Shown here: one piece after another, positions 1 through 9,311 of the stretch
Position numbering within the stretch: position 1 is the first letter of the stretch
Layout: every line of letters begins with the position of its first letter
Assembly: GCA_036505795.1 (NCBI GenBank)
Contig: DASXSU010000113.1
Span: 933-64,932 of the forward strand
Length of the DNA: 64,000 nucleotides
Direction of reading: 5' to 3'
Source: Nitrospirales bacterium
GTDB lineage: Bacteria; Nitrospirota; Nitrospiria; Nitrospirales; NS-4
The notes under the pieces: generated by a model
What the model was told of the DNA's origin: nothing
The model's database searches: none
What the model saw: the letters and a program-made list of their open reading frames with translations, nothing else
Made by a program: the position numbers and the translations under genes

Positions 1-96
1 TGGCTTTCAACAAAAGCGCTACCGGGAAACATGATGGATCTCGCTGCATCGCTGGATAGCTGGGAAGACGTCGTCGAGGAGAACGGAGGATGCTGA
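1..96 (+). CDS. 3' end of an unidentified CDS entering from the left edge (partial)
   Basis: Frame 1 is open from nt 1 to TGA at 94-96, and the stop overlaps the ATG at 90 (ATGCTGA). No domain is recognisable in the 31 visible residues. Confidence 0.2.
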   Translation, partial: WLSTKALPGNMMDLAASLDSWEDVVEENGGC

Positions 97-2396
97 TTCC
101 TGTCCGGTTGTGGGTGCGAAGGGTAACAGCGCTCGCATTGATCGTATTCGCAGCCCACTTTATTGCCCAGGCTGCCTCCGCCTACGATGATTCTCTTGAA
201 AAGGCGCAAACGTATGCCGTTGTCGATTGGCCGGACCCAATGAACCCGAAGTTCGTCAATCTTGGCGGTGATCAATATGTCCTGGCGACCACAAAAGGCA
301 TGCAGATATGGCATGCGCGGAAAAACGTTTTTTCCGAATCCCGGGGATGGCCGATTCACTCCAGCCTGCAAACGCATTGGGCCAGACTCGCTAAAGGGAC
401 CTTGCTGGTCGCGGAATCGCATTCCGACGAGGACGTGCTCCAGCACACTCTGGTGTGGTGGAATCCAGAAAAACAGGATTTTTCAGCCACGCTGCCATTG
501 CAGGAAGCTGCATTTGTGAGTGAGCTCGTGCCGATCAATCAACAGCATGCCCTGGTGTGCATGCGAACTGATTACGGCAAGCCTGGCGTTAATTTCGATA
601 TGCTGCCGACCAAGGCTGCAGTTGTCTCTCATAGTGGAGGAAAGCTCCACTGGGAAACCGATGCTTCCAAGAACATGCGGACTATCCTCCTCGAAGCACA
701 TGTGCGGGGAGTAGCAGAAGGCGTCGGAACACTGGATGAACCCGAATCTACCGTGAAGATGTCGCCGGTGATTTTTAATACTGCAAGCTGCAAATGGGAA
801 ATGAGACGGCCACCGCAGGAAATAGCGGAAGGCAGGAATGTGACGATCAAACACCACCGCCTGCCCGACGGCCGAATCCTCATTGCCCAGGCTGATTGGT
901 ACAGTCCGGCCCGAAACTCAGGGGCTGAACTTGCGGGACCTTTGCTTTGGGATGAGGCTGCCGGCGCTTGGATCGCCATCGAAAACACGGCCCAGGCAGG
1001 CAATAGTGGACACTTTTTCACAAGCTACGGCATCGATGATCCGGTTGTCTCGGTTCCAGTGGTCGGCGCAGAGTTTGTCGAATTTCTTGACCCGCGGACC
1101 CTGCATTGGCATCGCTCGCAGCAAAAACTTCCGGACACCTACGCCCCGGCTTTGGGGCCCCTGAGCACTGGGGAAGCGATTGTCTTTTTACGCGAGGGCG
1201 GACGCACTATTGTCGTCAATCCGATGGGTGAACCAGTACCGGGCAGGTTTGCTTATAGCCACTCCTATTTTGGCGAAGTCAAACTTGCTAAGGGCGGTCT
1301 CTTGTTGACCGGGGGAGGAGATCAATGGCATCCGGCAAACCGCCCTGAAATCCTGACGCTGATTCCAAGCCCAAGGTCAAAAACGATCGCGCCATTGCCA
1401 AAACCCCTTGGCTACTTATCTGGCGTGGAGATGCAGGACGGCACCCTGCTGGTTTTTGGAGGTCTGCCGCCGCGCTGCGCGCCATCGAATTATTCGAGTG
1501 ATTGCGCCAAGAGCCCCGCGCAGCCATCCTATCGTTATTTTCCGACGCAAGATCGCTGGGAAGAAGTTCCTGAGCTCAGGGTGCCCTTTGCCAACGGGCA
1601 GTTCTGGGATGCAGGTAATTCGGACATCGCAAGCCAATGGCCGCGAAACGATGCCATCGTGCGCCGCAACGGCGATTTCATCTATCTCAACGCAGAAAAT
1701 AGCCGTCGGAGAGAAGATACCGACTGGACACCCGTTGTGACCACGCCGGTCCGCTGGCGGCCGGAGGGCAAGCCAATGCCGCTGGCACTTTTGCGAAAAG
1801 GACGAACCTACGCCACGCTGGTTGAACTCGCCGATGATCGATTGGCTGTTATCGGCGGCCAAGCTCAACAAGAACTCGTCGCGCTGGAGAAGGAATGTTT
1901 CAATTGCCCAGATGAATTTGTCTCCGTCGGGTCGATGCAGTGGGCGCGTTCCACTGAGGTTTTTGACGACAAGGCAGGAACGTGGATGCCGGGGCCGACA
2001 GCAAACTATCCCGGGGGACGCGCCTTTCAACTATCTAACGGCAGGATTTTCAAGCTTTCCCTGACAGGCCTCTGGTCAGCCGAAAATGGGTACAGCGCTG
2101 AGATTGCCGATGCAGCCTTTACCCGCTGGGATAAACTGCCGCCGTTTCCGATCCAATCCTTCACGGTCATGCATGTCACGGTCATCGGTAATCGGGTGCT
2201 CATCTTGCCTCAGGAGCCGGATCGCAAGAAAGCCGGCTGGATTGACAAGACGGTTGTCTGGAATGACGATACACGGTCCTGGTCTGTGTGGAATCAATGG
2301 ACAAAGCAGGTTCCACTCACCGTCACACCGGTGGATAGCAAGCGCGTGCTGGCCCGTTACTACAGGTCGTATGAGATTGTTTCCCTGCCGAAATAG
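90..2396 (+). CDS. secreted repeat protein, Kelch/beta-propeller-like, function unknown
   Basis: 768-aa ORF with a signal-like N-terminus (RRVTALALIVFAAHFIAQAASA). Blade-like GG...W motifs recur (LLLTGGGDQW, LLVFGGLPP, LAVIGGQAQ). Start is uncertain: GGAGG abuts ATG 90, and GTG 114 is an alternative. Confidence 0.65.
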   Translation: MLIPVRLWVRRVTALALIVFAAHFIAQAASAYDDSLEKAQTYAVVDWPDPMNPKFVNLGGDQYVLATTKGMQIWHARKNVFSESRGWPIHSSLQTHWARLAKGTLLVAESHSDEDVLQHTLVWWNPEKQDFSATLPLQEAAFVSELVPINQQHALVCMRTDYGKPGVNFDMLPTKAAVVSHSGGKLHWETDASKNMRTILLEAHVRGVAEGVGTLDEPESTVKMSPVIFNTASCKWEMRRPPQEIAEGRNVTIKHHRLPDGRILIAQADWYSPARNSGAELAGPLLWDEAAGAWIAIENTAQAGNSGHFFTSYGIDDPVVSVPVVGAEFVEFLDPRTLHWHRSQQKLPDTYAPALGPLSTGEAIVFLREGGRTIVVNPMGEPVPGRFAYSHSYFGEVKLAKGGLLLTGGGDQWHPANRPEILTLIPSPRSKTIAPLPKPLGYLSGVEMQDGTLLVFGGLPPRCAPSNYSSDCAKSPAQPSYRYFPTQDRWEEVPELRVPFANGQFWDAGNSDIASQWPRNDAIVRRNGDFIYLNAENSRRREDTDWTPVVTTPVRWRPEGKPMPLALLRKGRTYATLVELADDRLAVIGGQAQQELVALEKECFNCPDEFVSVGSMQWARSTEVFDDKAGTWMPGPTANYPGGRAFQLSNGRIFKLSLTGLWSAENGYSAEIADAAFTRWDKLPPFPIQSFTVMHVTVIGNRVLILPQEPDRKKAGWIDKTVVWNDDTRSWSVWNQWTKQVPLTVTPVDSKRVLARYYRSYEIVSLPK

Positions 2397-2406
2397 AGAG
2401 CCTTTT

Positions 2407-4704
2407 GTGAACCCACACATCCACAACCGCTGGCTGATCGTGCTGGCCATCGCGATAGGGCTGTGGTGCGCCCAATCCGTTACGGCAGCGGTGGAACCGA
2501 TGGCAGCAACCACGGGCATAGCGCTTTCAAAGGCCGAGTTCGATGCCGTCGTGGCAGAAGGGCGACGCCGCACGCGTCATGAAGATCCGGTTGGACAACC
2601 ATGGCGTGCACTGGACCGTGACAAGCTGGCCAGGCTTTTACAGATGCAGGAGTTTGCGGCGCTGGAGGATAGTACCAAGGCAATATTTATTGATCAGGCC
2701 GGTGCCTGGGAGCTCATGCCGTTTAGCAGCCCGTCCGAAGCACAGGCAATGTGGGCGCGCTGGTACCCCAATCGCGGCCTTGATAAAGCAGTCGGCCCGG
2801 ACGATACAAGCGTTGAGAGGCTGCACGTCTTTTATGCCGATGCTAAATGGGGGCCTGAAGCAGGGGCCATGATCGCGCTGTTCAAATGCCTGCCGCCCGC
2901 TGCATGGCGCGTGCAGCACATGGACCCGATCCTATGGGTCACGGAACATAACGGCCGCTGGGATGTGCCCCAAACCTTTGATTTCGGCATGTGCGTGCGC
3001 CGACAGCGCGAGGATTTCAAAGATCGCGGTTTCCCTGAGCCAAGCTCTCCTGAGACGCGACGCGGTAGGACCTCCGCCGCAGTGTTGGAGAAGAAGCTCA
3101 GCGAATATCTGCTCAAGCATCGATGTTCCGGCAAAGGTCCTGATAGTTGTTTGCCGTTGCTGCGCGCATTACGGTCTCTTAACCCACGGCACGACAAGCT
3201 GGTGGCTATTATTAAGGCATTGGAGCCTGACTTCGCGCTGGACGAGCAGGTACGCATTCCGGAGGGCCTGCAAAATCGTCGAGGAAATTTGACTGCAGAA
3301 GAGTTCAATGCCGTCAAGGCACAAATACGCATCGCCGTGCGCAAGGCAATCTTCCTAAACGCTAAGCTCTCCGTTTTGCTCCAGCGACCGTCCGAATGGC
3401 CGCCCGCAGAACTCGAAAGGACAGTGCGCGTACTGCTCAAGCTCACATTAACAACGCCGTGGAAAGAAACAGCAGGAGGACAAGTGCGGCTTCTCGGTCT
3501 GGGGGAGCAACCATTTGCAAGCGGGTGGTGGAACCTTCCAAGTGACGCTCCGACGGCTGCCAGGCTAGGGCAGCTGCTCACACAGCTTGGCAGAGAATAT
3601 GCCAAGCCGTCCGGTTGTGACCTGGTGAATTCATATGTCGGCGATCTGCCGCCGCAATTCTGGATTGCCTACGCATTGGAAAAGCTCGACAGGGAACAAA
3701 CCAGTTGCAACGCATTGTCGTCGTACACTCAAGTCGCCAAGTTGTACGCCTCGGCTGCGAAGCAAAAGAAGCCCCAATTGCTTGAACCGATCCGTGACTT
3801 AAAAAGGTTTCTCGAGAAAGAAGGCCCGGCGCAAGACGACGTTGTGAATGCGCTTGGCGCGGATTGTCCAAAAACCGGGGTGAGTGCGCAACCTGACCCA
3901 TGGAACGTCTGCCGCTTGGTGTCAAAGGCCTTGGCCGAGGCTGAAAAAAAAGAACAACAAGAACGGCAATTGAGCGAAGCGCAAATAGTGGTCGACCCTG
4001 CCACATGCACCGAGGGAATCGAATTGGAGGTCGCCCTGGGGCTAGGTTATGCCGAGGATCAGGCTCATCACGCGGCTTGCAAGCGTATGCCGTCCAATCG
4101 AAAGAAGAGCATTGTCGCGCTTTCATTTATTCGCCAGGATCACGCGATCCAAGCCGATGAATTCAACGACTCGGGTGAATATGACCTTGATGTGCTGATC
4201 ATCCAATCCGAGACTGGCGAACTATTGCGCCACCTGCATTTAGACAAGGTGTACGCCTCTGATGCGTGGCGTTTTTCCGGTATCGCGATTGACACCAGCC
4301 GCTATAATCTGGCGCCGCGAGTTCGGGCCTTTGGCGTGCGAGCGACCAATGCGAGTTCATCTCGTGCTAGTCCGGGGGGCGAGACAACATTGAGTTTATA
4401 TGTCGAAGAAGGCAAAACGATACGTCAGGTATTAAGCGGGCTAGTCGTCGGCAAAACCGGCGGCGAATGGGATACGCAATGCGCCGGTCATTTTTCGCAA
4501 ACGGATAGAACCATAAAAATGGGTCGGCCGGTCAACAAGGGCTTCGCCGATTTAATCGTCACGTCAACCACGATCAATACTGAAAACAGAATGATCGAAG
4601 ACGAATGCAACGAGGTTAGCCAAAAGCCGATCACCGCCCAATTCACGCTGCGCTATGATGGAAAGGCGTACGTCATTCCGCCGGAGTTACGAGGATTGCA
4701 ATAG
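2407..4704 (+). CDS. large secreted hypothetical protein
   Basis: In-frame GTG at 2407 gives VNPHIHNRWLIVLAIAIGLWCAQSVTA, a signal-peptide-like start. The track ORF start at 2086 would overlap the previous CDS by about 300 nt. No domain recognised. Confidence 0.65.
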   Translation: MNPHIHNRWLIVLAIAIGLWCAQSVTAAVEPMAATTGIALSKAEFDAVVAEGRRRTRHEDPVGQPWRALDRDKLARLLQMQEFAALEDSTKAIFIDQAGAWELMPFSSPSEAQAMWARWYPNRGLDKAVGPDDTSVERLHVFYADAKWGPEAGAMIALFKCLPPAAWRVQHMDPILWVTEHNGRWDVPQTFDFGMCVRRQREDFKDRGFPEPSSPETRRGRTSAAVLEKKLSEYLLKHRCSGKGPDSCLPLLRALRSLNPRHDKLVAIIKALEPDFALDEQVRIPEGLQNRRGNLTAEEFNAVKAQIRIAVRKAIFLNAKLSVLLQRPSEWPPAELERTVRVLLKLTLTTPWKETAGGQVRLLGLGEQPFASGWWNLPSDAPTAARLGQLLTQLGREYAKPSGCDLVNSYVGDLPPQFWIAYALEKLDREQTSCNALSSYTQVAKLYASAAKQKKPQLLEPIRDLKRFLEKEGPAQDDVVNALGADCPKTGVSAQPDPWNVCRLVSKALAEAEKKEQQERQLSEAQIVVDPATCTEGIELEVALGLGYAEDQAHHAACKRMPSNRKKSIVALSFIRQDHAIQADEFNDSGEYDLDVLIIQSETGELLRHLHLDKVYASDAWRFSGIAIDTSRYNLAPRVRAFGVRATNASSSRASPGGETTLSLYVEEGKTIRQVLSGLVVGKTGGEWDTQCAGHFSQTDRTIKMGRPVNKGFADLIVTSTTINTENRMIEDECNEVSQKPITAQFTLRYDGKAYVIPPELRGLQ

Positions 4705-4928
4705 CTGAGGCTGCTGTTCGGCAACTCATCTCGCTTTCCTTGCTCGCAAATCGCCGGCGCCGTCCGCTGACGCTGTTTGATCCACAATGGCAGGTTCCCA
4801 CCCCACGCAAAATTCGTGTCCGGAGAAATGCGCGGGGTGAGAAGATTGCGCCGGTATACGAAAGTAACGTTGTGTGCAAAGTTCAAACTCTCTATCCTTC
4901 TTTGAAATGTCGCTCGAGGAGCATCAAC

Positions 4929-5402
4929 ATGAAGGATCTCATGCCAGATACCCCCGGACGGGTTCCCCAACACACGGACGAAAGCGTTAATCGACAGATT
5001 CGTGAACGGATGCAACGAGATCTGACCCGTTATGTCGATGCCGCCCCTTTCGTCATTGAGCAACGACTAAAAGAATTGGACCGCGAATGGGATATTGAAC
5101 GCACATTGGAAGCAAATGCCGCGACGTTTTCACTGATTGGGCTCGGTCTAGGTACCTTTGTTGATCGCCGATGGTACTGGCTCCCGGTCGCGGTCGGGAC
5201 GTTTCTCTTGCAGCATGCGTTTCACGGCTGGTGTCCGCCGGTCCCACTGCTACGACGACTTGGCGTGCGCACCGAGAGAGAAATTGACTACGAGCGCTAT
5301 GCGCTCAAGGCTCTGCGCGGGGACTTTCGTAACATCCCGGCCAAACAGTTCGGCTCGAATTCGGCACTTGCTGCGCAAGCCTTCGGAGCCGCACGCCGCT
5401 AA
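4929..5402 (+). CDS. DUF2892/YgaP-like small membrane protein
   Basis: ATG 4929 is preceded by GAGGAG. The C-terminal half (FSLIGLGLGTFVDRRWYWLPVAVGTFLLQHAFHGWCP) resembles the DUF2892 two-helix motif. Confidence 0.55.
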   Translation: MKDLMPDTPGRVPQHTDESVNRQIRERMQRDLTRYVDAAPFVIEQRLKELDREWDIERTLEANAATFSLIGLGLGTFVDRRWYWLPVAVGTFLLQHAFHGWCPPVPLLRRLGVRTEREIDYERYALKALRGDFRNIPAKQFGSNSALAAQAFGAARR

Positions 5403-5449
5403 ATTCGCTTAAGAACGATGGGTGGCAGCCTGTCTCTCAGGGCTCGGGT

Positions 5450-5737
5450 TTAGTGCCAGCGCCGATCGCGGCGCCGGCCGTCTCTGTCGTCACCGAAGCT
5501 AAAGCCAAACGCGACCGGAGGCGGAGCTGCATAGCCGCCGTAGCGATAGTAACCAGGCGGCGGGTAATAGGGCGCCGGCACTGGATAGGCATACGCAGGT
5601 GGATACGGGTAAGCATAGACTGGAGGGGGTGCTGGCATCGGTTCCGGTCCGCCTTGCACGCCGAAGCCGACTGAGCAAGCAGAGATGCCCATCATAAGAA
5701 AGAGAGTTGCCAGTATGCCAAAAATTCGCGGTTTCAT
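5450..5737 (-). CDS. Pro/Tyr-rich lipoprotein
   Basis: MKPRIFGILATLFLMMGISAC carries a lipobox and GGAGAA lies upstream of the ATG. The mature part is low complexity (YAYPYPPAYAYPVPAPYYPPPGYY). Confidence 0.55.
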   Translation of the reverse strand: MKPRIFGILATLFLMMGISACSVGFGVQGGPEPMPAPPPVYAYPYPPAYAYPVPAPYYPPPGYYRYGGYAAPPPVAFGFSFGDDRDGRRRDRRWH

Positions 5738-5942
5738 GGTTTCGTTCTCCTGCCGCTGCTTCACCAGCGGCGTCATCTTCTACTAGCAAGACGCGCGAAG
5801 AGGCGAAAAGGTTACATCTCGTTAGAGTGAACGACTGGTGCCGGCACGAAATCGCTAAAAAACGCCGCCCCGGGTTGGACTACCGGCTGCGGCGGCCATA
5901 AGACGCACAACGACCTGATGCTATGTTACACTCCCCGGCTGT

Positions 5943-6019
5943 GGCCCCGTAGCTCAGTTGGATAGAGCAGCGGTTTCCTAAACCGTTTGTCGTGAGTTCA
6001 ATTCTCGCCGGGGCCACCA
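5943..6019 (+). tRNA. tRNA-Arg, anticodon CCT, with encoded CCA
   Basis: Hand-folded cloverleaf: acceptor GGCCCCG/CGGGGCC, D arm GCTC..GAGC, anticodon stem GCGGT/ACCGT with loop TTCCTAA, T arm GTGAG-TTCAATT-CTCGC, discriminator A then CCA. Confidence 0.9.
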
Positions 6020-6294
6020 ATTGCTTAAACAGCTTCACTAATGCTTTCCCCCACCGGCCTGGGATCTCAAATCTGTCAGGGTTAGCCTCTGCAAACTTCA
6101 GGTGTCTCCCTGATGTAACGCCAGGTTGACACCTAACCAATGAAGTAAATCTGCCTTTCGCCCTCCCAGTCATCTGTTTTGTTTAAGAATTGTCTTTCAG
6201 TGAAGGCGTCAGCCTTGGAGAATTACTGTCAGCAAATTAAACAGTTGTATGAATCCTCGCACCTGTTCCTGTGTTCTATCAACGACTTCGGAAT

Positions 6295-6309
6295 TGGTCC
6301 ACCGATTGC
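6295..6309 (+). promoter_or_regulatory. candidate sigma-54 -24/-12 promoter of the PEP-CTERM gene
   Basis: TGGTCCACCGATTGC has the GG and GC dinucleotides at canonical spacing. It lies about 85 nt upstream of ATG 6394. Confidence 0.4.
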
Positions 6310-6393
6310 CTAGGAATCAAGAGGTCAAGTTCCGCGTACTTATTTGAATGGACATTCGGCCTTCGCCCGCTGGAGGCCCAGGGAGGGGCAAAA

Positions 6394-7344
6394 ATGCAAG
6401 CATCTACCTACCACAGGAACATCTACTTCCAGCAAGCACGCCCTCCTCTGAAATGTCGGCGATCTCTAGCCTCGGCGGCCGGATTCTTTATAATTTTGCT
6501 CTTAGCCATCCCCAGTTATGGAACTTGGATTCCATTTGCGGTGACGTCTCCGCCAGGGCACGTTCCCTTCCAGTCGGCGGTGGGCTTTGAGAACATCTTT
6601 ATTGGACCTGGTGGAGTGCTGGACTATGCATTCCTGCTGAAGAATACCGGCCCGGCACCCATCGATGGATTTTATTTGCGGGTGGGTCCCAATGTAGGGG
6701 TCGTGCCTGGACCCTTGACTGCCGCGGGGATTCTTCTTCGAACCACCACCTCACCCGGCGGAGGCGACCCAGGGTTCTTCCCTGTCGTTGGTGTTCCCAA
6801 CGATCCGGTTCCGCTCTTCGGTCCCCCGTCGCTGGGGATTGGGCCGGGTGGGGGAGTGATCTTCGACGAGGCGGGCGCAACCAACCCGTTTTTTACGTTG
6901 GCGACGGGTCTCACAGCCAGGTTTTGGGGATTTGAGCAGTTTGATGATCGGATTGCTCCCGCGGGGCCGGTGGCGACGAGTTATCTTATGCGCTGGTATG
7001 CGCGCCCGGGCCAACCCCTGTTCCCGGTTGGCTTTATTACACGGTTTGACCTGTACAGTTTCAATCCGCCGATTCCTGGATCGGGCGGAGTGGATCCCCC
7101 CATGCTCCCGGTGTTCTTCGGCATCGATGACGGCGCAGGTGATATAGCCGAAGGCGCATCACCGGCCGTGATTCCCTGTGATCCGTCGACGTCCCCTGCC
7201 TGCCTGACGGACTCCACGACATACCCGGCCGATTTCACCGGTTCAGCGTTTGGACAGGTTCCGGAACCCGGCACGATCCTTTTACTTGGCTCAGGTTTGG
7301 TGGGATTGGCAGTGTGGCGAAGGATGAGGTTCGATAAGCGTTAA
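6394..7344 (+). CDS. PEP-CTERM sorting-domain secreted protein
   Basis: ATG 6394 follows GGGAGGGG. The N-terminal TM/signal is FFIILLLAIPSYG. The C-terminus VPEPGTILLLGSGLVGLAVWRRMR is the classic PEP motif, TM helix and basic cluster. Confidence 0.8.
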   Translation: MQASTYHRNIYFQQARPPLKCRRSLASAAGFFIILLLAIPSYGTWIPFAVTSPPGHVPFQSAVGFENIFIGPGGVLDYAFLLKNTGPAPIDGFYLRVGPNVGVVPGPLTAAGILLRTTTSPGGGDPGFFPVVGVPNDPVPLFGPPSLGIGPGGGVIFDEAGATNPFFTLATGLTARFWGFEQFDDRIAPAGPVATSYLMRWYARPGQPLFPVGFITRFDLYSFNPPIPGSGGVDPPMLPVFFGIDDGAGDIAEGASPAVIPCDPSTSPACLTDSTTYPADFTGSAFGQVPEPGTILLLGSGLVGLAVWRRMRFDKR

Positions 7345-7380
7345 GGAAGAGACCGAATCACCACAGCACAACGCGCCGCG

Positions 7381-7429
7381 ACGGTGTTATAAACCGTTGG
7401 TCCTGAGGTCAGTCCTCGCCGGGGTCAGC
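7381..7429 (+). repeat. degenerate copy of the 3' half of tRNA-Arg (att-like direct repeat)
   Basis: Hand alignment to tRNA positions 5971-6019 gives about 37 of 49 identities (aaaccgt..g.c.tgag.tca.t.ctcgccgggg.ca). No acceptor 5' arm or D arm lies upstream and the T loop is degraded. Confidence 0.6.
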
Positions 7430-7497
7430 GGGTTTGCTATCAACTATCGATTGCCTCACATGACTTTCTTTTACAGTAGGTTTACCATGGGGCTACC

Positions 7498-7743
7498 ATG
7501 GCCTTGCTCAGGATCAGTAGCGTAGTTGTCTTCCTCTCAGTGAGTGGCTGCACCCCGGACCTCACCATGCGTCATCCGCAGACAGGGCAAATCGCCATTT
7601 GCCACGCGCCGCAGTGGCTTCCTTTTGATCGGTCAATGTATGACTTGACCCCCTGCGAAGACGAGTACAAGGCGAAAGGCTACGAGCGCGACCTGAATGC
7701 TCCCGGGTCTCCGCCTGATTTATCTAAGAAGTTTCGGCCCTGA
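7498..7743 (+). CDS. small lipoprotein
   Basis: MALLRISSVVVFLSVSGC has a lipobox. No clear SD. Confidence 0.45.
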   Translation: MALLRISSVVVFLSVSGCTPDLTMRHPQTGQIAICHAPQWLPFDRSMYDLTPCEDEYKAKGYERDLNAPGSPPDLSKKFRP

Positions 7744-7857
7744 TCTGAGCCGTTAGGAAGAGGACCACTCTCAGAGGAATGTGCGCTTCGCTGGTGGCGC
7801 GTTGGCCCTTACGGCGTAAGCGCCTTACGAGCTGTTAGGCAGGTCCTCGCACTCCGG

Positions 7858-8625
7858 TCATTCTTTCTTGTCCGGCTGATCGCCGGCTACCGCGTAGCGC
7901 AGAATGTCCGGACGCTTTGCCAGTGAACGCAAGAGGTCATCAACGCCCACGACATAGGGGCTGACCGCGCCGTAGTATCGAATGGGTTTTCCCATCAGAT
8001 TAAATTCGAAGCCGAATCGCTTCAACAGTCGCCACAGATTTTCCTCCATGGCGACGATAAGATTCTCATGCCCCTGGTGGATACATTCCACGATCATTGC
8101 CCGAAACAACCCCAGGAGGAGCCGAGGATATTGGAGCCCGGCCGCAGGGCTGGAAGGTGCCCGCACATGTAAAGGGCCAAACCCCCGAGCGCTGCGGTAT
8201 TCCTTCGTGATGACCAAATGAGATACCTCGACCGTGCGGGAGCGCGGGAGACTATAAAAAAATGGCGACAGGGAGGCCGTATGCCGTTCAATGGGGAATC
8301 CAAGCGGCGAGTCGGTGACCAGGCGAAAGGCGCCGACCACTACGCCATCGTTATTCGTACCGGCAATATGGACGGATGGCTGGTCCCACTTGTCCCGAGT
8401 CTGGCCATTTTCACATCCTTCGGTTTCTTGAAGAAGCTGCTCGTGGGAATAAACTTGATACCGTAGCTGACAAATCTCGTCGAATTTGGGATCTTTTTGC
8501 CCCACCTGAAGAAAAGAGAAATTATCCGGGGTCGTCACTACACTGCCATGGCATGTCTTGTACGTTTTGCCGCTCCCACACGCACAGGAGCCATTCGCCT
8601 TGCTGTCGATCACGGGCTTGGGCAC
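7858..8625 (-). CDS. GNAT-type N-acyltransferase, FeeM / PEP-CTERM-exosortase-associated acyltransferase-like, with N-terminal SEC-C zinc motif
   Basis: CACGSGKTYKTCHG is a SEC-C motif. The following LRYQVYSHEQ...FRLVTDSPLGFPIE matches my recollection of the exosortase-associated acyltransferase family. GTG 8625 has GGAGG 8 nt upstream; TTG 8640 is an alternative start. Confidence 0.65.
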   Translation of the reverse strand: MPKPVIDSKANGSCACGSGKTYKTCHGSVVTTPDNFSFLQVGQKDPKFDEICQLRYQVYSHEQLLQETEGCENGQTRDKWDQPSVHIAGTNNDGVVVGAFRLVTDSPLGFPIERHTASLSPFFYSLPRSRTVEVSHLVITKEYRSARGFGPLHVRAPSSPAAGLQYPRLLLGLFRAMIVECIHQGHENLIVAMEENLWRLLKRFGFEFNLMGKPIRYYGAVSPYVVGVDDLLRSLAKRPDILRYAVAGDQPDKKE

Positions 8626-8821
8626 GTTACCTACCTCCAACCTTGATGAAGTTCATGGCCATCTCTTGTTTGGCGCTCGTTACATGGTACTCCTTCTAGC
8701 GGCAGAATAAAGGGAATATTGAGCAAATGGTCATGGGCGGGGTATCTACTACCTGGCGTTTGTCTGTAATTATCTATTGTGGTAAAAGAAGCGTCGGCTG
8801 CACGAGGAAGGTTTGTTACTG

Positions 8822-9238
8822 ATGAACGTGCGCACAGTACGTTTGGTCTTGGCGGTCGTCATGGGCATTTGGATCGCCTTAGTCGCCAATCATTGGCATC
8901 AATGGATGCCCGACAGTGTAGTGTTGATCGCGGCCGCGGCATTGTCGTTCGTCGTGGCGATAGGTCTGGCCGCCTATCGGATGAAGTTTCTGGAGGAAAA
9001 TTTCGGGGTCCTGGAGATTCCGGAGATCTGGCAAGGCGAGCTCGTTCAAGCAATCTCGTGGGATGTTGTCGCCTATACCAGTATTTTCTCAGCCTTAATC
9101 CTGGGGGGAATCCTCGCTGCCGCCGTCAGTGTACGATTACCACTGACCTTTGTCCCGCTCGCCTATATTCTCTCCATCGCGGTGGTAGCCATTGCGAGGT
9201 GGATGGCCTCGGCCCTTTTATTGAGAATGATCAGGTAA
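8822..9238 (+). CDS. integral membrane protein (about 4 TM), unknown function
   Basis: The frame is hydrophobic throughout (VRLVLAVVMGIWIALV, VVLIAAAALSFVVAIGLAAY, FSALILGGILAAAV, LAYILSIAVVAIA). It is preferred over the overlapping 8779 frame. Confidence 0.5.
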   Translation: MNVRTVRLVLAVVMGIWIALVANHWHQWMPDSVVLIAAAALSFVVAIGLAAYRMKFLEENFGVLEIPEIWQGELVQAISWDVVAYTSIFSALILGGILAAAVSVRLPLTFVPLAYILSIAVVAIARWMASALLLRMIR

Positions 9239-9271
9239 ATATCTTAGCAGGATTGCGACGGCGTGAAGGCA

Positions 9272-9295
9272 CCCGGGCGTCGGATGACGCCCGGG
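9272..9295. terminator. 10-bp GC-rich hairpin between convergent genes
   Basis: CCCGGGCGTC-ggat-GACGCCCGGG. No clear U tract on either strand. Confidence 0.35.
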
Positions 9296-9311
9296 AAGGG
9301 AAGACGGGGGC

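Noticed and set aside
2086-2406. N-terminal 107 codons of the 872-aa ORF
   Set aside because: They overlap the 3' end of the preceding CDS, and the signal-peptide-like segment begins only after the in-frame GTG at 2407.
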